Source: Minisyncoccota bacterium
GTDB lineage: Bacteria > Patescibacteriota > Minisyncoccia > Phycocordibacterales > UBA9973
Assembly: GCA_035491955.1 (NCBI GenBank)
Contig: DATJJU010000015.1
Span: 30,440-94,439, forward strand
Length of the DNA: 64,000 bases
Direction: 5' to 3'
A model generated the notes under the pieces. It did no database searches, was not told the origin of the DNA, and saw only the letters and a program-made list of their open reading frames with translations. Numbering within the stretch: the first letter of the stretch is position 1; the number at the start of each line of letters is the position of its first letter. Both the position numbers and the translations under genes were made by a program. This document shows positions 1-11,189 of the stretch, piece by piece.

Positions 1-2
1 TT

Positions 3-2435
3 AATGCGCTTGATATTTGGGTTCGTGATTCTTTATTCCAAGACTGTTATTTTGGTATTACCAACGGATATGGTGCGGGTAATTTCCGTGCCTACAATAA
101 TATCTTCAGGAATTCTACATATGCCGATATTCAGATTGGTAATACCGGAGAATTTGCCATCCGCGACAATACTTCAACCGATTCCAATATGTTTCTGTTT
201 GCAAGTTTTACAGAAAATCCAGCAAGCATTGTCATGCAAGGCAATACTGTTATTGACTATACCTATACTAATGCCGTAAAAATCGAAGATCAGACAATTC
301 TGACAATGATTGATAATATATTCCGTTCTAGAGCCGATGCATATCCGCCAGTTTTACAGATCACAGGGTATCCAAGTTCCAATGCTACATTGATAGGCAA
401 CAGTTTCAGTCTTCCGAATCCTTACATTGGTCCGAATATTGTGGCATTCCGTAACGAAAGTGTGGATCGAACCAGTTATCCGATGGCAAATCTGCAAGAA
501 CAAATCTTGCCAGGTGTTCGTCCAAATTTTCATCGACAGATTTTCGAAGTACCTACTAATGCGACTACTGCTCAGATCCAGGCAGTTATTAATCAGGCAG
601 TACTAGTATCAGGCAATCGTCCTATCGTTCATATACCAACTGGTACCTATAGTATTAATTCAACCATTTATATTCCGGCTAATACCGATATTCAAGTAGT
701 TGGTGATGGATACGGTCTTGAGAACGGAACCATATTACGATGGACGGGGGCTATCAAAGGACCGATGATCTCTATTGCCGGACCAAGTAAAGCAACCTTA
801 CGCAATCTCACTGTCTGGGGAACAACAGCTACTTCAACTGGTGTCTTTATCGGCAATGCCGACCAGGTCGGAGCTCGAGTCTTTAGTGACCAGCGATTTA
901 GTATTGACTCTACAGGCTTGTTAATGAACCAGGATGATAATGCTGAATATATAGGCGAAGGAGATCAGTTTGCTGGTGAAGCAAAAGCGGTCAGTGTTAT
1001 TGGTGGACCGAAAGCTCAGGCCGGTACTCCTGCGGCTGGAAGAACAGTCATTTATGGAGGTGCAGAATCAGGAAATGCTATTTCTCACGAAGTTACTAAA
1101 AATGGCAACTTGATGATTCGAGATGTGTGGTATGAAGGCAATCCTTCAACTAGTGCTAATCTTATTGATACTGGTACCTATACTTCCGATAATAACCATA
1201 TTGCTCCTGATATTGCGACCAATACACCTTCTGTCGTTATTAATAACTTTAACGGTAGGGCAACATTTGTTGGCGGTGATCTCTCTGATCGTATCTCTCT
1301 CAGTGGTGATGGTACAAATACTAAATTACTCGGTCTCGGCATGTTTGTTGAACAAAAACCTTTCTTAGCCGATGCAAGTAATCCTAGTGCAAATGTAGAA
1401 TTATTGAATGGTCGTTTCCGTGAACAGGATGTGAATACGGGAAGTGGCAGTACTCCCATGCCTGACGTTGGGACGCTCGATCAGTCTTTCGTTACTTCCA
1501 TGTTGACCGACTTCCGAGCAATACATGAGATTACACTCGCTCCATTGGCAGACGGTATTAGCGATGTTCGTATGTTCAGAATAATGACTGTCGGTAATAT
1601 TAGAGGTGTTGATGTGGAGCCTGGCACTAATACGGTGAATAATGTAAAACCTATTCTTGATGCTGGCAGCGACCAAACATTGCAGCTGCCTGACCATCAG
1701 ACCGCTATTCTTGCTGCGACCGCTACGGACCCTGATGGCAAGATTGTTTCGTATAACTGGACTCAGCTAAGTGGACCAACTGACGACACTATTGTTACTC
1801 CGACTACTGCTGCAACAAATGTTATTAACATGAGAACCGATGGTACGTATGTTTTCCAAGTAACAGTAACCGATGATGGCGGTTCACAGACTACTGATAC
1901 AGTAAGTGTTACTGTCAGCGGTACACCTCACGACCTTTCTGGTGGTGGCGGCGGAGGGGGCGGGGGCTCCGGAGGAGGTGGCGGCGGAGGCGGAAGCCAA
2001 GTCCTTAGCACCACTGTTACTCCTTCGGTAGCAAGCGTGCTTACCACTTCTGCAATAGCTACTACTCCTGTTGCTGGCTGTACAGCAACCACTGCATTTA
2101 GTCCGCTGTCTGGTAAGCCTTGTCCAAATTATTCCGCAGGCATTACAGGAACTCTTTCTTCTATCCCAGTCTTTACCAAGACATTAAATCCAGGCGCTCA
2201 TGATCCTGAAGTGATTTTGATCCAACAATATTTGAATGCTCACGGCTTTACTGTAGCAAAAAGCGGTGTCGGTTCTGCTGGTAAAGAAAGCAGCTATTAC
2301 GGTCCGGCCACAAAAGCTGCTATTGCTAAGTACCAAACTGCCCACGCCAAAGACACTCTTGCTCCCGCTGGTCTCAAAAAAGCTACCGGCAACTTCGGCG
2401 CCCTGACCATGGCTGCCTTTAATAGAGGGGAGTAA
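3..2435 (+). CDS. 5'-partial large surface/cell-wall-associated protein: N-terminal parallel beta-helix (pectate-lyase-like) repeats, PKD/Ig-like domain, poly-Gly(Ser) linker, C-terminal peptidoglycan-binding (PG_binding_1-like) domain
   Basis: Reading frame 3 is open from the first base of the window (no stop before the listed Met at 189), so the gene starts upstream of the window. Repetitive N/T/G-rich beta-helix-like segments are present. A PKD-like segment reads 'KIVSYNWTQLSGPTDDTIV...YVFQVTVTDDGGSQTTDTVSVTVS'. A run of 18 Gly (plus 2 Ser) follows. The C-terminus 'VILIQQYLNAHGF...YGPATKAAIAKYQ' resembles PG-binding domains. Confidence 0.6.
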   Translation, partial: NALDIWVRDSLFQDCYFGITNGYGAGNFRAYNNIFRNSTYADIQIGNTGEFAIRDNTSTDSNMFLFASFTENPASIVMQGNTVIDYTYTNAVKIEDQTILTMIDNIFRSRADAYPPVLQITGYPSSNATLIGNSFSLPNPYIGPNIVAFRNESVDRTSYPMANLQEQILPGVRPNFHRQIFEVPTNATTAQIQAVINQAVLVSGNRPIVHIPTGTYSINSTIYIPANTDIQVVGDGYGLENGTILRWTGAIKGPMISIAGPSKATLRNLTVWGTTATSTGVFIGNADQVGARVFSDQRFSIDSTGLLMNQDDNAEYIGEGDQFAGEAKAVSVIGGPKAQAGTPAAGRTVIYGGAESGNAISHEVTKNGNLMIRDVWYEGNPSTSANLIDTGTYTSDNNHIAPDIATNTPSVVINNFNGRATFVGGDLSDRISLSGDGTNTKLLGLGMFVEQKPFLADASNPSANVELLNGRFREQDVNTGSGSTPMPDVGTLDQSFVTSMLTDFRAIHEITLAPLADGISDVRMFRIMTVGNIRGVDVEPGTNTVNNVKPILDAGSDQTLQLPDHQTAILAATATDPDGKIVSYNWTQLSGPTDDTIVTPTTAATNVINMRTDGTYVFQVTVTDDGGSQTTDTVSVTVSGTPHDLSGGGGGGGGGSGGGGGGGGSQVLSTTVTPSVASVLTTSAIATTPVAGCTATTAFSPLSGKPCPNYSAGITGTLSSIPVFTKTLNPGAHDPEVILIQQYLNAHGFTVAKSGVGSAGKESSYYGPATKAAIAKYQTAHAKDTLAPAGLKKATGNFGALTMAAFNRGE

Positions 2436-2436
2436 T

Positions 2437-2465
2437 TTGACAATATTTTACTATTTCTTTATACT
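2437..2465 (+). promoter_or_regulatory. sigma70-type promoter TTGACA-N17-TATACT upstream of rpoB
   Basis: Perfect -35 TTGACA, a 17-nt spacer, then -10 TATACT, about 110 nt upstream of the rpoB ATG. Confidence 0.5.
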
Positions 2466-2575
2466 ATGTGCCTTACAGTGTGAGGAAGGGTTGCGGTAGA
2501 AAACCTGTATATTAGAGCGAAATTTATAGGTAACGCCCACGAGAGGGGACTTCGTGTGGCATTTTTCCATTTTTA

Positions 2576-5500
2576 ATGTCTAAAACAAAAAATACGGACG
2601 TTCGTCCAAAGAAGTACTTTGCGAAGTACAAGAAACCATTTATAGAATTTCCAGATCTTATCCATCACCAGCGTGACTCATTCAATTGGTTGGTAGAAAA
2701 AGGTTTGACTGAAGTATTTAAGGAATTCACTCCTATTCAAGACTATTCTGGCAAGAAATTCCAACTCGACTTCGTATCATTCCATTTGTCTGAGCCGAAA
2801 TTCGATGAACACTATGCCAAGGAAAACAAGCTCTCACTCGAAACACAAATCAAAGCTCGCGTAAAACTCACCAACAAGCAAACTGGTTCTGAAAAGGAGC
2901 AAGAAATTTTCATGGCTGATCTTCCAGTTATGACTCCTCACGGCACCTTCATTATTAACGGTGTTGAGCGCTCAATCATTCCTCAGCTTTCTCGTTCAAG
3001 TGGTATTTTCTTTACTGAGCTTGAAGTGAAAGGCAAGCGCTACTTTGGTGCAAAAATTATTCCAAACCGTGGTGTCTGGATTGAAATCGAATCAGATCCC
3101 GATGGCTCTATATATGTACGTATCGACAAGAAGCGAAAGTTCCCAGCTGTTTCTTTGTTGCGCGCTCTTGGTCTTGAAAATGATGAAGCTATCAAGAAGC
3201 TTTTCAAGAATGAAGCTGCTGCAAAAATGATCGCTCACTCTATCGAAAAAGATCCTGCCAAGAATGCTAGTGATGCATTCGTAGAAATCTACCGTAAGCT
3301 CCGCGATGGCGACCTTGCTACTCCAGACAATGCTCGCGACTTCGTGAACAATCTCTTTTCTGAAGAGCGCTACGACCTTTCTCCAGTAGGACGTTTCCGC
3401 TTCAACAAGCGTTTCGGTCTCGACATGAGCGACAAGGAAATGGAGCGCAAGACTCTTTCTGCTCAGGATATTGCCATCATCCTCAGCAATATCGTTGAAC
3501 TCAACACTACTCCTGGCTCTCATGCTGATGATATCGACAACCTCGCGTCTCGCCGCGTTCGTTTCGTTGGTGAAATGCTTCAGCAGAAGATCTTCACTGG
3601 TTTGACTCAGATCAAGCGTAATGTGCAGGATCGCATGTCTACTATTGATGCATCAAATGCATTGCCTATTCAGGTGGTAAACCAGCGTCCATTGCAGGCT
3701 CGTATCAAAGAGTTCTTCACTACCAACCAGCTTTCACAATTCATGCAGCAGGATAACGTCTTGTCTGAAATTGAAGAATTGCGCATGTTGACCGCATTGG
3801 GTTCAGGCGGTTTGACTCGTGAGCGCGCAACATTGGAAGTGCGTGACGTGCACCCATCTCACTATGGCCGCGTCTGTCCTATTCAGACACCAGAAGGTCC
3901 AAACATTGGTTTGGTATTGCGTCTCTCTATCTACGCTCGCGTGAATGCCTTCGGTATCATCGAAACTCCATACGTCAAAGTAAAGAACGGTAAGATTACC
4001 GGCGAAGTGGAATACTTGAATGCTGCAGAAGAAGAAAAGTGCATTATTGCTCACGCAAGTAATGACTATGATGACAAGGGCAACCTTTCTGAAATGGTAG
4101 AAGCTCGTATTCGTACTAGTCCAGGCATCGTAAAAAAAGAAGAAGTGAACTACATTGACGTTGCTCCAAACCAGGCCTTCTCAGTCGGTACATCAATGAT
4201 TCCATTCGTTGATCACAACGATGCGAACCGTGCCTTGATGGGAAGTAACATGCAGCGACAAGCGGTGCCATTGATTCGTCCAGAAGCACCATTGGTTGGT
4301 ACTGGTGTAGAAGAAGCGGCAGCTCCATATTCAGGACGCCTTATCTTGGCTGAAGAAGCGGGAGAAGTCACTTATGTTGATGCTTCAAAGGTTACTGTCA
4401 AGAATGAAAAAGGGAAGGATAAGACTTATACTCTTGTTTCATTCCAGCGTAACAACAACTTCAATGCATTCCACCAGCGCCCAGTAGTGACACTTGGTCA
4501 GAAATTGAAAAAGGGAGATCTCATTGCTGACATGTCTACTACTGATCGCGGACAAATCGCGCTTGGTCAGAATATGTTCGTAGCATTCATGAGCTGGAAC
4601 GGTGCAAACTTCGAAGACGCTATCATTCTCTCAGAGCGTATTATCAAGGATTCAAAATTCACTTCTATTTATATTGCTGAGTTCGTGTCCGTTGTGCGCG
4701 ACACCAAGCTTGGTCCAGAAGTCACTACTCGTGATATTCCAAACGTTGGCGAAGCTCGCTTGAAGGACCTCGATGAAGACGGCATCATTCGCGTTGGTGC
4801 AGAAGTGAAGGAAGGCGACATCTTGGTAGGTAAGATTACTCCGAAAGGCGAGACAGAACTTACTCCTGAAGAGCGTTTGCTCCGCAGTATCTTCGCCGAA
4901 AAAGCTCGCGATGTGAAAGACACATCATTGAAGATGGATCACGGCAAGCGCGGACGTATTATTCGCGTAAAAGTATTCTCTCGCGATCAAGGACACACCC
5001 TTGAATCAGGTGTGATCAAGAAGATCGTTATTGAAGTCGCTCAGCTTCGAAACATTTCAGTCGGTGACAAGCTGGCTGGCCGCCACGGTAACAAAGGTGT
5101 TATCTCAGTGGTGCTCCCAGAAGAAGACATGCCATACATGGCAGATGGTCGTCCTGTTGATGTTGTGCTGACACCGCTTGGTGTGCCATCACGTATGAAC
5201 CTCGGACAAATTCTCGAATTGCACTTGGGTATGGCTGCAAACGAACTCGGCTATCAGGCCATTGTTCCTCCATTCGCAGGAGCAAGTGATATTGAAATCA
5301 AAGAAGAACTTGTGAAAGCAGGATTGCCAGAAAACGGTCGCGTGCCACTCTTTGATGGACGCACTGGTGAAAAATACGAACAGGATATTGCTGTGGGCTA
5401 CATGTACATCTTGAAGCTGCACCACATGGTCGAAGACAAAATCCACATGCGCTCAATTGGTCCATACTCTCTTATTACTCAGCAGCCATTGGGCGGTAAG

Positions 5501-5779
5501 GCACAAGGCGGTGGTCAGCGTTTCGGAGAAATGGAGGTCTGGGCATTGGAAGGATACGGCGCAGCGCATACGCTTCGCGAAATGCTTACTATTAAGTCCG
5601 ACGATATTCGCGGACGTGCAGCGACATTCGATGCCATTATCAAGAATGAGCCGATAGGTGAACCGAATGTTCCAGCCTCATTCTCGGTCATGTTGAATTA
5701 TCTCCGCGGATTGGCATTGGACGTTGAATTGATCAAGCCAGCACAGGTCGAGGAAGAAGAAGTTAATAACACCAAATAA
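2576..5779 (+). CDS. rpoB: DNA-directed RNA polymerase subunit beta
   Basis: 1067 aa. Conserved RpoB blocks are present throughout (e.g. 'GRHGNKGV', 'PFMxDG', 'NMQRQAVPL'). Confidence 0.97.
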   Translation: MSKTKNTDVRPKKYFAKYKKPFIEFPDLIHHQRDSFNWLVEKGLTEVFKEFTPIQDYSGKKFQLDFVSFHLSEPKFDEHYAKENKLSLETQIKARVKLTNKQTGSEKEQEIFMADLPVMTPHGTFIINGVERSIIPQLSRSSGIFFTELEVKGKRYFGAKIIPNRGVWIEIESDPDGSIYVRIDKKRKFPAVSLLRALGLENDEAIKKLFKNEAAAKMIAHSIEKDPAKNASDAFVEIYRKLRDGDLATPDNARDFVNNLFSEERYDLSPVGRFRFNKRFGLDMSDKEMERKTLSAQDIAIILSNIVELNTTPGSHADDIDNLASRRVRFVGEMLQQKIFTGLTQIKRNVQDRMSTIDASNALPIQVVNQRPLQARIKEFFTTNQLSQFMQQDNVLSEIEELRMLTALGSGGLTRERATLEVRDVHPSHYGRVCPIQTPEGPNIGLVLRLSIYARVNAFGIIETPYVKVKNGKITGEVEYLNAAEEEKCIIAHASNDYDDKGNLSEMVEARIRTSPGIVKKEEVNYIDVAPNQAFSVGTSMIPFVDHNDANRALMGSNMQRQAVPLIRPEAPLVGTGVEEAAAPYSGRLILAEEAGEVTYVDASKVTVKNEKGKDKTYTLVSFQRNNNFNAFHQRPVVTLGQKLKKGDLIADMSTTDRGQIALGQNMFVAFMSWNGANFEDAIILSERIIKDSKFTSIYIAEFVSVVRDTKLGPEVTTRDIPNVGEARLKDLDEDGIIRVGAEVKEGDILVGKITPKGETELTPEERLLRSIFAEKARDVKDTSLKMDHGKRGRIIRVKVFSRDQGHTLESGVIKKIVIEVAQLRNISVGDKLAGRHGNKGVISVVLPEEDMPYMADGRPVDVVLTPLGVPSRMNLGQILELHLGMAANELGYQAIVPPFAGASDIEIKEELVKAGLPENGRVPLFDGRTGEKYEQDIAVGYMYILKLHHMVEDKIHMRSIGPYSLITQQPLGGKAQGGGQRFGEMEVWALEGYGAAHTLREMLTIKSDDIRGRAATFDAIIKNEPIGEPNVPASFSVMLNYLRGLALDVELIKPAQVEEEEVNNTK

Positions 5780-5780
5780 T

Positions 5781-8700
5781 ATGAAAACATTAGACACAAC
5801 AAATTTTGATAAAATCTCTCTCAAGATCGCAAGTCCTGACGCTATTCGCGAATGGTCATATGGAGAAGTAACAAAACCGGAAACAATCAACTATCGTACT
5901 GGACGCAGTGAGCGCGGAGGCCTCTTCGATGAGCGCATCTTCGGTCCTGAAAAAGACTATGAATGTTATTGCGGTAAGTACAAGCGTATTCGTTACGCTG
6001 GTATTATCTGCGAAAAATGTGGCGTGGAAGTAACTATGGCTATCGTTCGCCGCGAACGCATGGGCCATATTGAATTGGCTTCTCCTGTTGCACATATCTG
6101 GTTCTTGCGTGGCGTACCGTCTCGTATGAGCATCTTGCTTAATGTTTCTCTCAGTGACTTGGAAAAGGTTGTCTACTTTGCCGGCTACATCATTACTACT
6201 GTGCATGAAGACGAACGAGAGCGCATCGTAGCTGAACTTGATGCTGAATTTAAGAACAAGCTCAAGAATGCTGCCGATGAAGACACTCGCGAAAAGTTGC
6301 GCACCCTCCTCACTAATACAAAAAAGGAAATTGCAGAAATCCGCGTTGGTAAGGTATTGAATGAAATCTCATATCACCACTACTCATTGAAGTATGGTTC
6401 TGCATTTGAAGCCGGTGTTGGTGCTGAACCAATTTACCAGCTCTTCAAAGAAATGGATCTTCACAAGCTTAAGGAGTCTACAGAAAAGATGCTTGAAAAG
6501 GCTGGCGCAGCAGAACGTGAAAAGCTTCACAAGCGTTTGTCACTCGTGCGCGGCATGATCTATGCAAACATTCGCCCTGAATGGATGTTCCTCACTGTTA
6601 TTCCAGTTATTCCTCCAGCCATCCGTCCGATGGTGGCATTGGAAGGTGGCCGTCATGCTACTTCCGATATCAACGACCTCTATCGTCGCGTGATCAACCG
6701 AAACAATCGTTTGAAGAAATTGAAAGAAATCGGCGCTCCAGATGTGATCTTGCGTAACGAAAAGCGTATTTTGCAAGAAGCAGTAGACGCATTGATCGAC
6801 AACTCTATCGCCGGACAAGACAGTCCTGCTATGAGTCAGGCTCAGCGTCGTGCGTTGAAGTCTTTGTCAGACAACTTGAAGTCAAAACAAGGTCTCTTCC
6901 GTCAGAACTTGCTCGGTAAGCGTGTTGACTACTCAGCCCGCTCTGTGATCGTTGTTGGTCCGACCCTTCGTTTGAATCAATGCGGTCTTCCAAAGCATAT
7001 GGCCTTGGAACTCTTCCGCCCATTCGTAATCTCAAAGATCATTGAACAAGAGCTTGCGTACAACATTCGCGGTGCCAACAAACTCATCGAAGATGGTATT
7101 CCAGAAGTCTGGGCTATCTTGGAAGAAGTGATCAGAGGCAAGTACGTTATGTTGAACCGTGCTCCGACCTTGCACCGTCTTGGTATTCAGGCCTTCATGC
7201 CAGTATTGGTTGAAGGTAATGCGATCAAGGTGCACCCACTCGTTTGTCCTGCGTTCAACGCCGACTTCGACGGTGACCAAATGATGGTGGCATTGCCTCT
7301 CTCTGATCTTGCTCAAAAGGAAGCGCGTGAATTGATTGCCGCTGACAAGAATATCTTGAAGCCTCAAAACGGTGACTCAATCGTGTCATCAAAAATGTTG
7401 GACATTGTCCTCGGCTGTTACTGGATGACTACTGCTATTGATGGTCAAAAAGGCGAAGGCATGTACTTTGCAAGTCCAAATGAAGCGATCACTACGAACG
7501 ACTTTGATGCTGTTTCTCTTCGTGCCAAGATCAAAGTCTTGGGTACTCAGAAAGGCAAGTACGCTGCGTTTGAAAACAAGCCATTCGAAACAACTATCGG
7601 ACGACTGCTCTTCAATGCAGTATTGCCAAGTGACTTCCCATACATGAACGAAGATATGACTGGTAAGAAAATGGCCGGTGTCGTGGATTCATTGATTGCG
7701 AAATACGGAGTAGACCTTGTCGCTCCAATGCTCGACCGCATTAAGGACTTCGGATACAAGTACGCTACTCGTTCAGGTACAACATGGAGTATTGATAATG
7801 TTATTGTGCCAAAAGAAAAGCCAGCTATCATTGCCAAGTACAAACAGCTTGAAGCCGACATTCGCTCACAGTTCGAAGAAGGTTTGCTTTCTGAAGACGA
7901 GCGCTATGAAAAGGTTATCTCTAACTGGAATAAGGCAAAGAATGAGATTGAAAAAATCTTGCCTGATACTATCGAGAAGCACGGTTCTGTCTATGATATG
8001 GTCATCTCTGGCGCCCGAGGTTCTATGAGTAACGTTACTCAGATGGCGGGTATGAAAGGTTTGATTCAAAACACAACCGGTCGTACTATTGATTTCCCAA
8101 TCATTCCATCATTCAAGGAAGGTCTTTCACCGCTTGAATACTTCATTACTACTCACGGTTCACGTAAAGGTCTGGCCGACACAGCATTGAACACTGCTCG
8201 TGCTGGTTACCTTACTCGTCGTCTTGTTGATGTCTCTCAGGATATCGTGATCACTGAAGAAGACTGTGGAACAAAAGGCGCAAAGCGCATGACTCCTGAA
8301 GTCATCTCTGGTTTGGAAATTCCATTGAGCAAGAGTATTCGTGGACGCGTTTTGGCCAAGGATCTTGTTACAGAAAGCGGTGAAGTGCTCTTCAAGCGTG
8401 GACACCTGCTCGGCAAAGATGATGTAGCATTGGTGGAAGAAAAAGGTGTGAAGGAAGCATATGTTCGTACTCCAATGATATGTAAGACTATCTACGGTAT
8501 TTGTCGACAGTGTTACGGTCTTGATCTCGGACGTAACCACCTTGTCAATCGCGGTGAAGCGGTTGGTATCGTGGCGGCGCAAGCGATCGGTGAGCCAGGT
8601 ACTCAGTTGACTCTTCGTACATTCCACGCCGGCGGTTTGGCAGGTGTCGACATTACATCAGGTCTTCCTCGTGTTGAAGAAGTCTTTGAATGTCGCATTG

Positions 8701-9404
8701 TTAAGAATCCTGCAGCCGTCAACAAGTATGCCGGTACTGTTTCAGAAATTAAAGACAATGCAGGTGAGAAGACTATCGTTGTACTCTCAAACAAAGACAG
8801 TGATGCTAAGAAAGATTCTGTTGAATACACTGCAGGTCCTCGTCGTGTGCCAATCGTAAAAGTGGGGCAAGAAGTAGCGAAGGGCGAATTGCTCACAGAC
8901 GGTTCTGCAAACGTTGAAGAAGTGTATGAATACGGCGGACGTGAAGCAGCGGAAGATTACATTATTCGTGAAATTATCAAAGTGTATGAATTGCAGGGTG
9001 CATCTATTGCCCGCAAGCACTTGGAAATCATCGTTCGTCAGATGTTCTCACGCCGCAAAGTGAAGGATGCTGGAGATACTTCATTCTCACCAGGAGATGT
9101 TATTGAGGCAACCGAGCTCATGGAAGAAAATGCTCGCATGCGTGCAACCGGCCTCAAGGAAGCAAAGGGCGCGCTCATTATCTTGGGTATTACTCAGACT
9201 GCATTGAATGCCAAGAGTTGGATCTCTGCCGCTTCATTCCAGAACACAAACCGTGTCCTCATCACCAACGCTGTGAAGGGCGGTACTGACACACTTCGCG
9301 GTCTTAAGGAAAACGTAACTGTCGGACGATTGATCCCGGCTGGTACAGGCTTCCGCGAGCGCAGTGCTCTCGACATCAACAATATTAAGTTTGACGAGGA
9401 ATAA
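5781..9404 (+). CDS. rpoC: DNA-directed RNA polymerase subunit beta'
   Basis: 1207 aa. A Zn-finger '[23 protein letters not shown]' and the catalytic 'NADFDGDQM' motif are present. The start is 1 nt after the rpoB stop. Confidence 0.97.
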   Translation: MKTLDTTNFDKISLKIASPDAIREWSYGEVTKPETINYRTGRSERGGLFDERIFGPEKDYECYCGKYKRIRYAGIICEKCGVEVTMAIVRRERMGHIELASPVAHIWFLRGVPSRMSILLNVSLSDLEKVVYFAGYIITTVHEDERERIVAELDAEFKNKLKNAADEDTREKLRTLLTNTKKEIAEIRVGKVLNEISYHHYSLKYGSAFEAGVGAEPIYQLFKEMDLHKLKESTEKMLEKAGAAEREKLHKRLSLVRGMIYANIRPEWMFLTVIPVIPPAIRPMVALEGGRHATSDINDLYRRVINRNNRLKKLKEIGAPDVILRNEKRILQEAVDALIDNSIAGQDSPAMSQAQRRALKSLSDNLKSKQGLFRQNLLGKRVDYSARSVIVVGPTLRLNQCGLPKHMALELFRPFVISKIIEQELAYNIRGANKLIEDGIPEVWAILEEVIRGKYVMLNRAPTLHRLGIQAFMPVLVEGNAIKVHPLVCPAFNADFDGDQMMVALPLSDLAQKEARELIAADKNILKPQNGDSIVSSKMLDIVLGCYWMTTAIDGQKGEGMYFASPNEAITTNDFDAVSLRAKIKVLGTQKGKYAAFENKPFETTIGRLLFNAVLPSDFPYMNEDMTGKKMAGVVDSLIAKYGVDLVAPMLDRIKDFGYKYATRSGTTWSIDNVIVPKEKPAIIAKYKQLEADIRSQFEEGLLSEDERYEKVISNWNKAKNEIEKILPDTIEKHGSVYDMVISGARGSMSNVTQMAGMKGLIQNTTGRTIDFPIIPSFKEGLSPLEYFITTHGSRKGLADTALNTARAGYLTRRLVDVSQDIVITEEDCGTKGAKRMTPEVISGLEIPLSKSIRGRVLAKDLVTESGEVLFKRGHLLGKDDVALVEEKGVKEAYVRTPMICKTIYGICRQCYGLDLGRNHLVNRGEAVGIVAAQAIGEPGTQLTLRTFHAGGLAGVDITSGLPRVEEVFECRIVKNPAAVNKYAGTVSEIKDNAGEKTIVVLSNKDSDAKKDSVEYTAGPRRVPIVKVGQEVAKGELLTDGSANVEEVYEYGGREAAEDYIIREIIKVYELQGASIARKHLEIIVRQMFSRRKVKDAGDTSFSPGDVIEATELMEENARMRATGLKEAKGALIILGITQTALNAKSWISAASFQNTNRVLITNAVKGGTDTLRGLKENVTVGRLIPAGTGFRERSALDINNIKFDEE

Positions 9405-9406
9405 GA

Positions 9407-11143
9407 ATGGATAACAGGCTGTTCGAACAAATAAAGAATCGCCTGCCTATCACCGAAGTCCTGTCTACCTATATCACGCTGGAACCATCTGGATCTCAGT
9501 ATAAGGCTCGATGTCCCTTTCACAATGAAAAGACTGCGTCGTTTTCGGTCTCACCGGAACGCGGTCTTTACTATTGCTTCGGCTGTGGAGCAAAAGGAGA
9601 CATCTTTAACTTTGTTGAACAATTCGAAGGTGTAGATAGAAAAGGTGCGCTGAAGATATTAGCCGATAGGGCAGGTATTCCACTTACCGCATATCGTACT
9701 ACTGATGACTCATCAGATAGTCTATATGATGCAATGGAAAGTGCTACAAAAAAATATACCACTATCTTGCAAAGTAATACTGAGGCAGTGAACTATCTCA
9801 AGCAGAGAGGGGTAAACGATCAAACTATTGAAGAATTTCGCTTAGGCTATGCTCCGACTGAATGGCGCACACTCTCTTCGAGTCTTGATCAAAAAAGCGC
9901 AGGATTCTATGAACAAGCTGGCCTTGTAAAGAAAACGGAGAAAGGATATTACGACAGATTTCGTGGACGCATTATCTTTCCTATGGCAGACAGCAGTGGC
10001 CGTATCGTGGCATTTTCAGGAAGAATTTTTCCTGAAACGCCCAAAGGAGTCCAAGAGGGGCCGAAATATCTTAATAGTCCAGAAACGGAACTATTCCAAA
10101 AGTCTCGCATACTCTTTGGTTTTGATAAAGCCAAAGCTGCTATTAAAAAACATAACTTTGTCATCTTAGTGGAAGGACAGATGGATCTTATTCTCAGTCA
10201 TCAAGCCGGATTTAAAAATACTGTTGCCACATCTGGTACTGCTGTATCCGAAACCGTTATCGGTGATACAGGTGCGCAGCTCTCGGTGATTGCGCGCCTC
10301 ACACCAAATATCTTCTTAGCATTCGATGGAGACAGTGCCGGACAAAAAGCCCTTGAACGTGCAGCTCTTGTCACATTGTCGCTCGGTATGAATCCAAAAG
10401 TGGTAGCGCTACCGGAAGGTATGGATCCAGCAGATTTTATTGGTGTCGGAGGTCCTGAGCAAAGCGAAGCGTGGAAAGAATTATTGAAAAAAGCTGAACA
10501 CTTTATTCCGCATGTTTTGCATAGTATTCAGCAGGCTAGCACGTCTGCTCATCAATTGAAGCACGCTATTCGTACCAGACTTTTTCCATTTCTCTTGCGC
10601 GTTCAATCAGCAATCGAAAGAAATGTGTATCTTAATCTCATTGCTTCTGAATCAAGCCTTGGTATTAAGGAGGTGAATGATGACTTTTCTAGCTTTATGC
10701 AAGAGAATCAAAAAGAGAAGCAAAATGAATATAATCAAAAAGAAGCAATCGCCATACCTGATGCATTCATCCGCAAGCCCATTAGTCATAGCGAGCGCTT
10801 CATGTCTATCGTGGAAGTGTATCCGGATGAAATGGCAAAAAGCTATCACACAAACCTCGCAAACTATCGCTTCAATAATACACCGATTGATCTTCCTTTG
10901 TTTGAGGGAGATCACAAGGATCGGGCAATCGCTATCATTGAAAGAGAGCTTGCAGGCCTTGATGAAAACCAAAGAGAGGAAATTTTGAAGGAATTGCACG
11001 ATACTATTATTGCGCAATTCTTGGAGCAATTGCGTTTTGAATACGCCATGAAGATGAGCGAGGCGAAACGACAGGGGAATGAGGAAGAAGAACTACAGTA
11101 TCTAGCGCTTCTTCAGAAGATTCACCAGCAATTGAAGATTTGA
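9407..11143 (+). CDS. dnaG: DNA primase
   Basis: 578 aa. A CHC2 zinc finger ('[13 protein letters not shown]...[11 protein letters not shown]') and a Toprim region ('ILVEGQMDL', 'DGDSAGQKA') are present. The gene starts 2 nt after the rpoC stop. Confidence 0.9.
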   Translation: MDNRLFEQIKNRLPITEVLSTYITLEPSGSQYKARCPFHNEKTASFSVSPERGLYYCFGCGAKGDIFNFVEQFEGVDRKGALKILADRAGIPLTAYRTTDDSSDSLYDAMESATKKYTTILQSNTEAVNYLKQRGVNDQTIEEFRLGYAPTEWRTLSSSLDQKSAGFYEQAGLVKKTEKGYYDRFRGRIIFPMADSSGRIVAFSGRIFPETPKGVQEGPKYLNSPETELFQKSRILFGFDKAKAAIKKHNFVILVEGQMDLILSHQAGFKNTVATSGTAVSETVIGDTGAQLSVIARLTPNIFLAFDGDSAGQKALERAALVTLSLGMNPKVVALPEGMDPADFIGVGGPEQSEAWKELLKKAEHFIPHVLHSIQQASTSAHQLKHAIRTRLFPFLLRVQSAIERNVYLNLIASESSLGIKEVNDDFSSFMQENQKEKQNEYNQKEAIAIPDAFIRKPISHSERFMSIVEVYPDEMAKSYHTNLANYRFNNTPIDLPLFEGDHKDRAIAIIERELAGLDENQREEILKELHDTIIAQFLEQLRFEYAMKMSEAKRQGNEEEELQYLALLQKIHQQLKI

Positions 11144-11189
11144 CTTTTTCCATTATTTAAAGGATGATACGAAAAGCATTTTAAAAAGT

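Noticed and set aside
4-279. 91-aa ORF at the window start
   Set aside because: It is out of frame with, and contained in, the 5'-partial surface-protein gene, whose frame is open from base 3. Its sequence has no coding-like composition.
1123-1697. ORFs 1123..1368(+), 1178..1459(-), 1401..1697(-)
   Set aside because: Alternative-frame or antisense ORFs inside the large surface-protein CDS.
1941-1996. Possible CRISPR or tandem-repeat array
   Set aside because: It is only a coding Gly-codon tract. No spacer-repeat periodicity occurs anywhere in the window, and no cas genes are present.
3045-5890. Multiple 60-143 aa ORFs on both strands within rpoB
   Set aside because: Nested in or antisense to a highly conserved rpoB frame. 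They are low-complexity translations.
5856-9523. Antisense/alternate-frame ORFs within rpoC (e.g. 7032..7367-, 8160..8627-, 8603..8896-)
   Set aside because: They overlap the conserved rpoC frame and have no independent signals.
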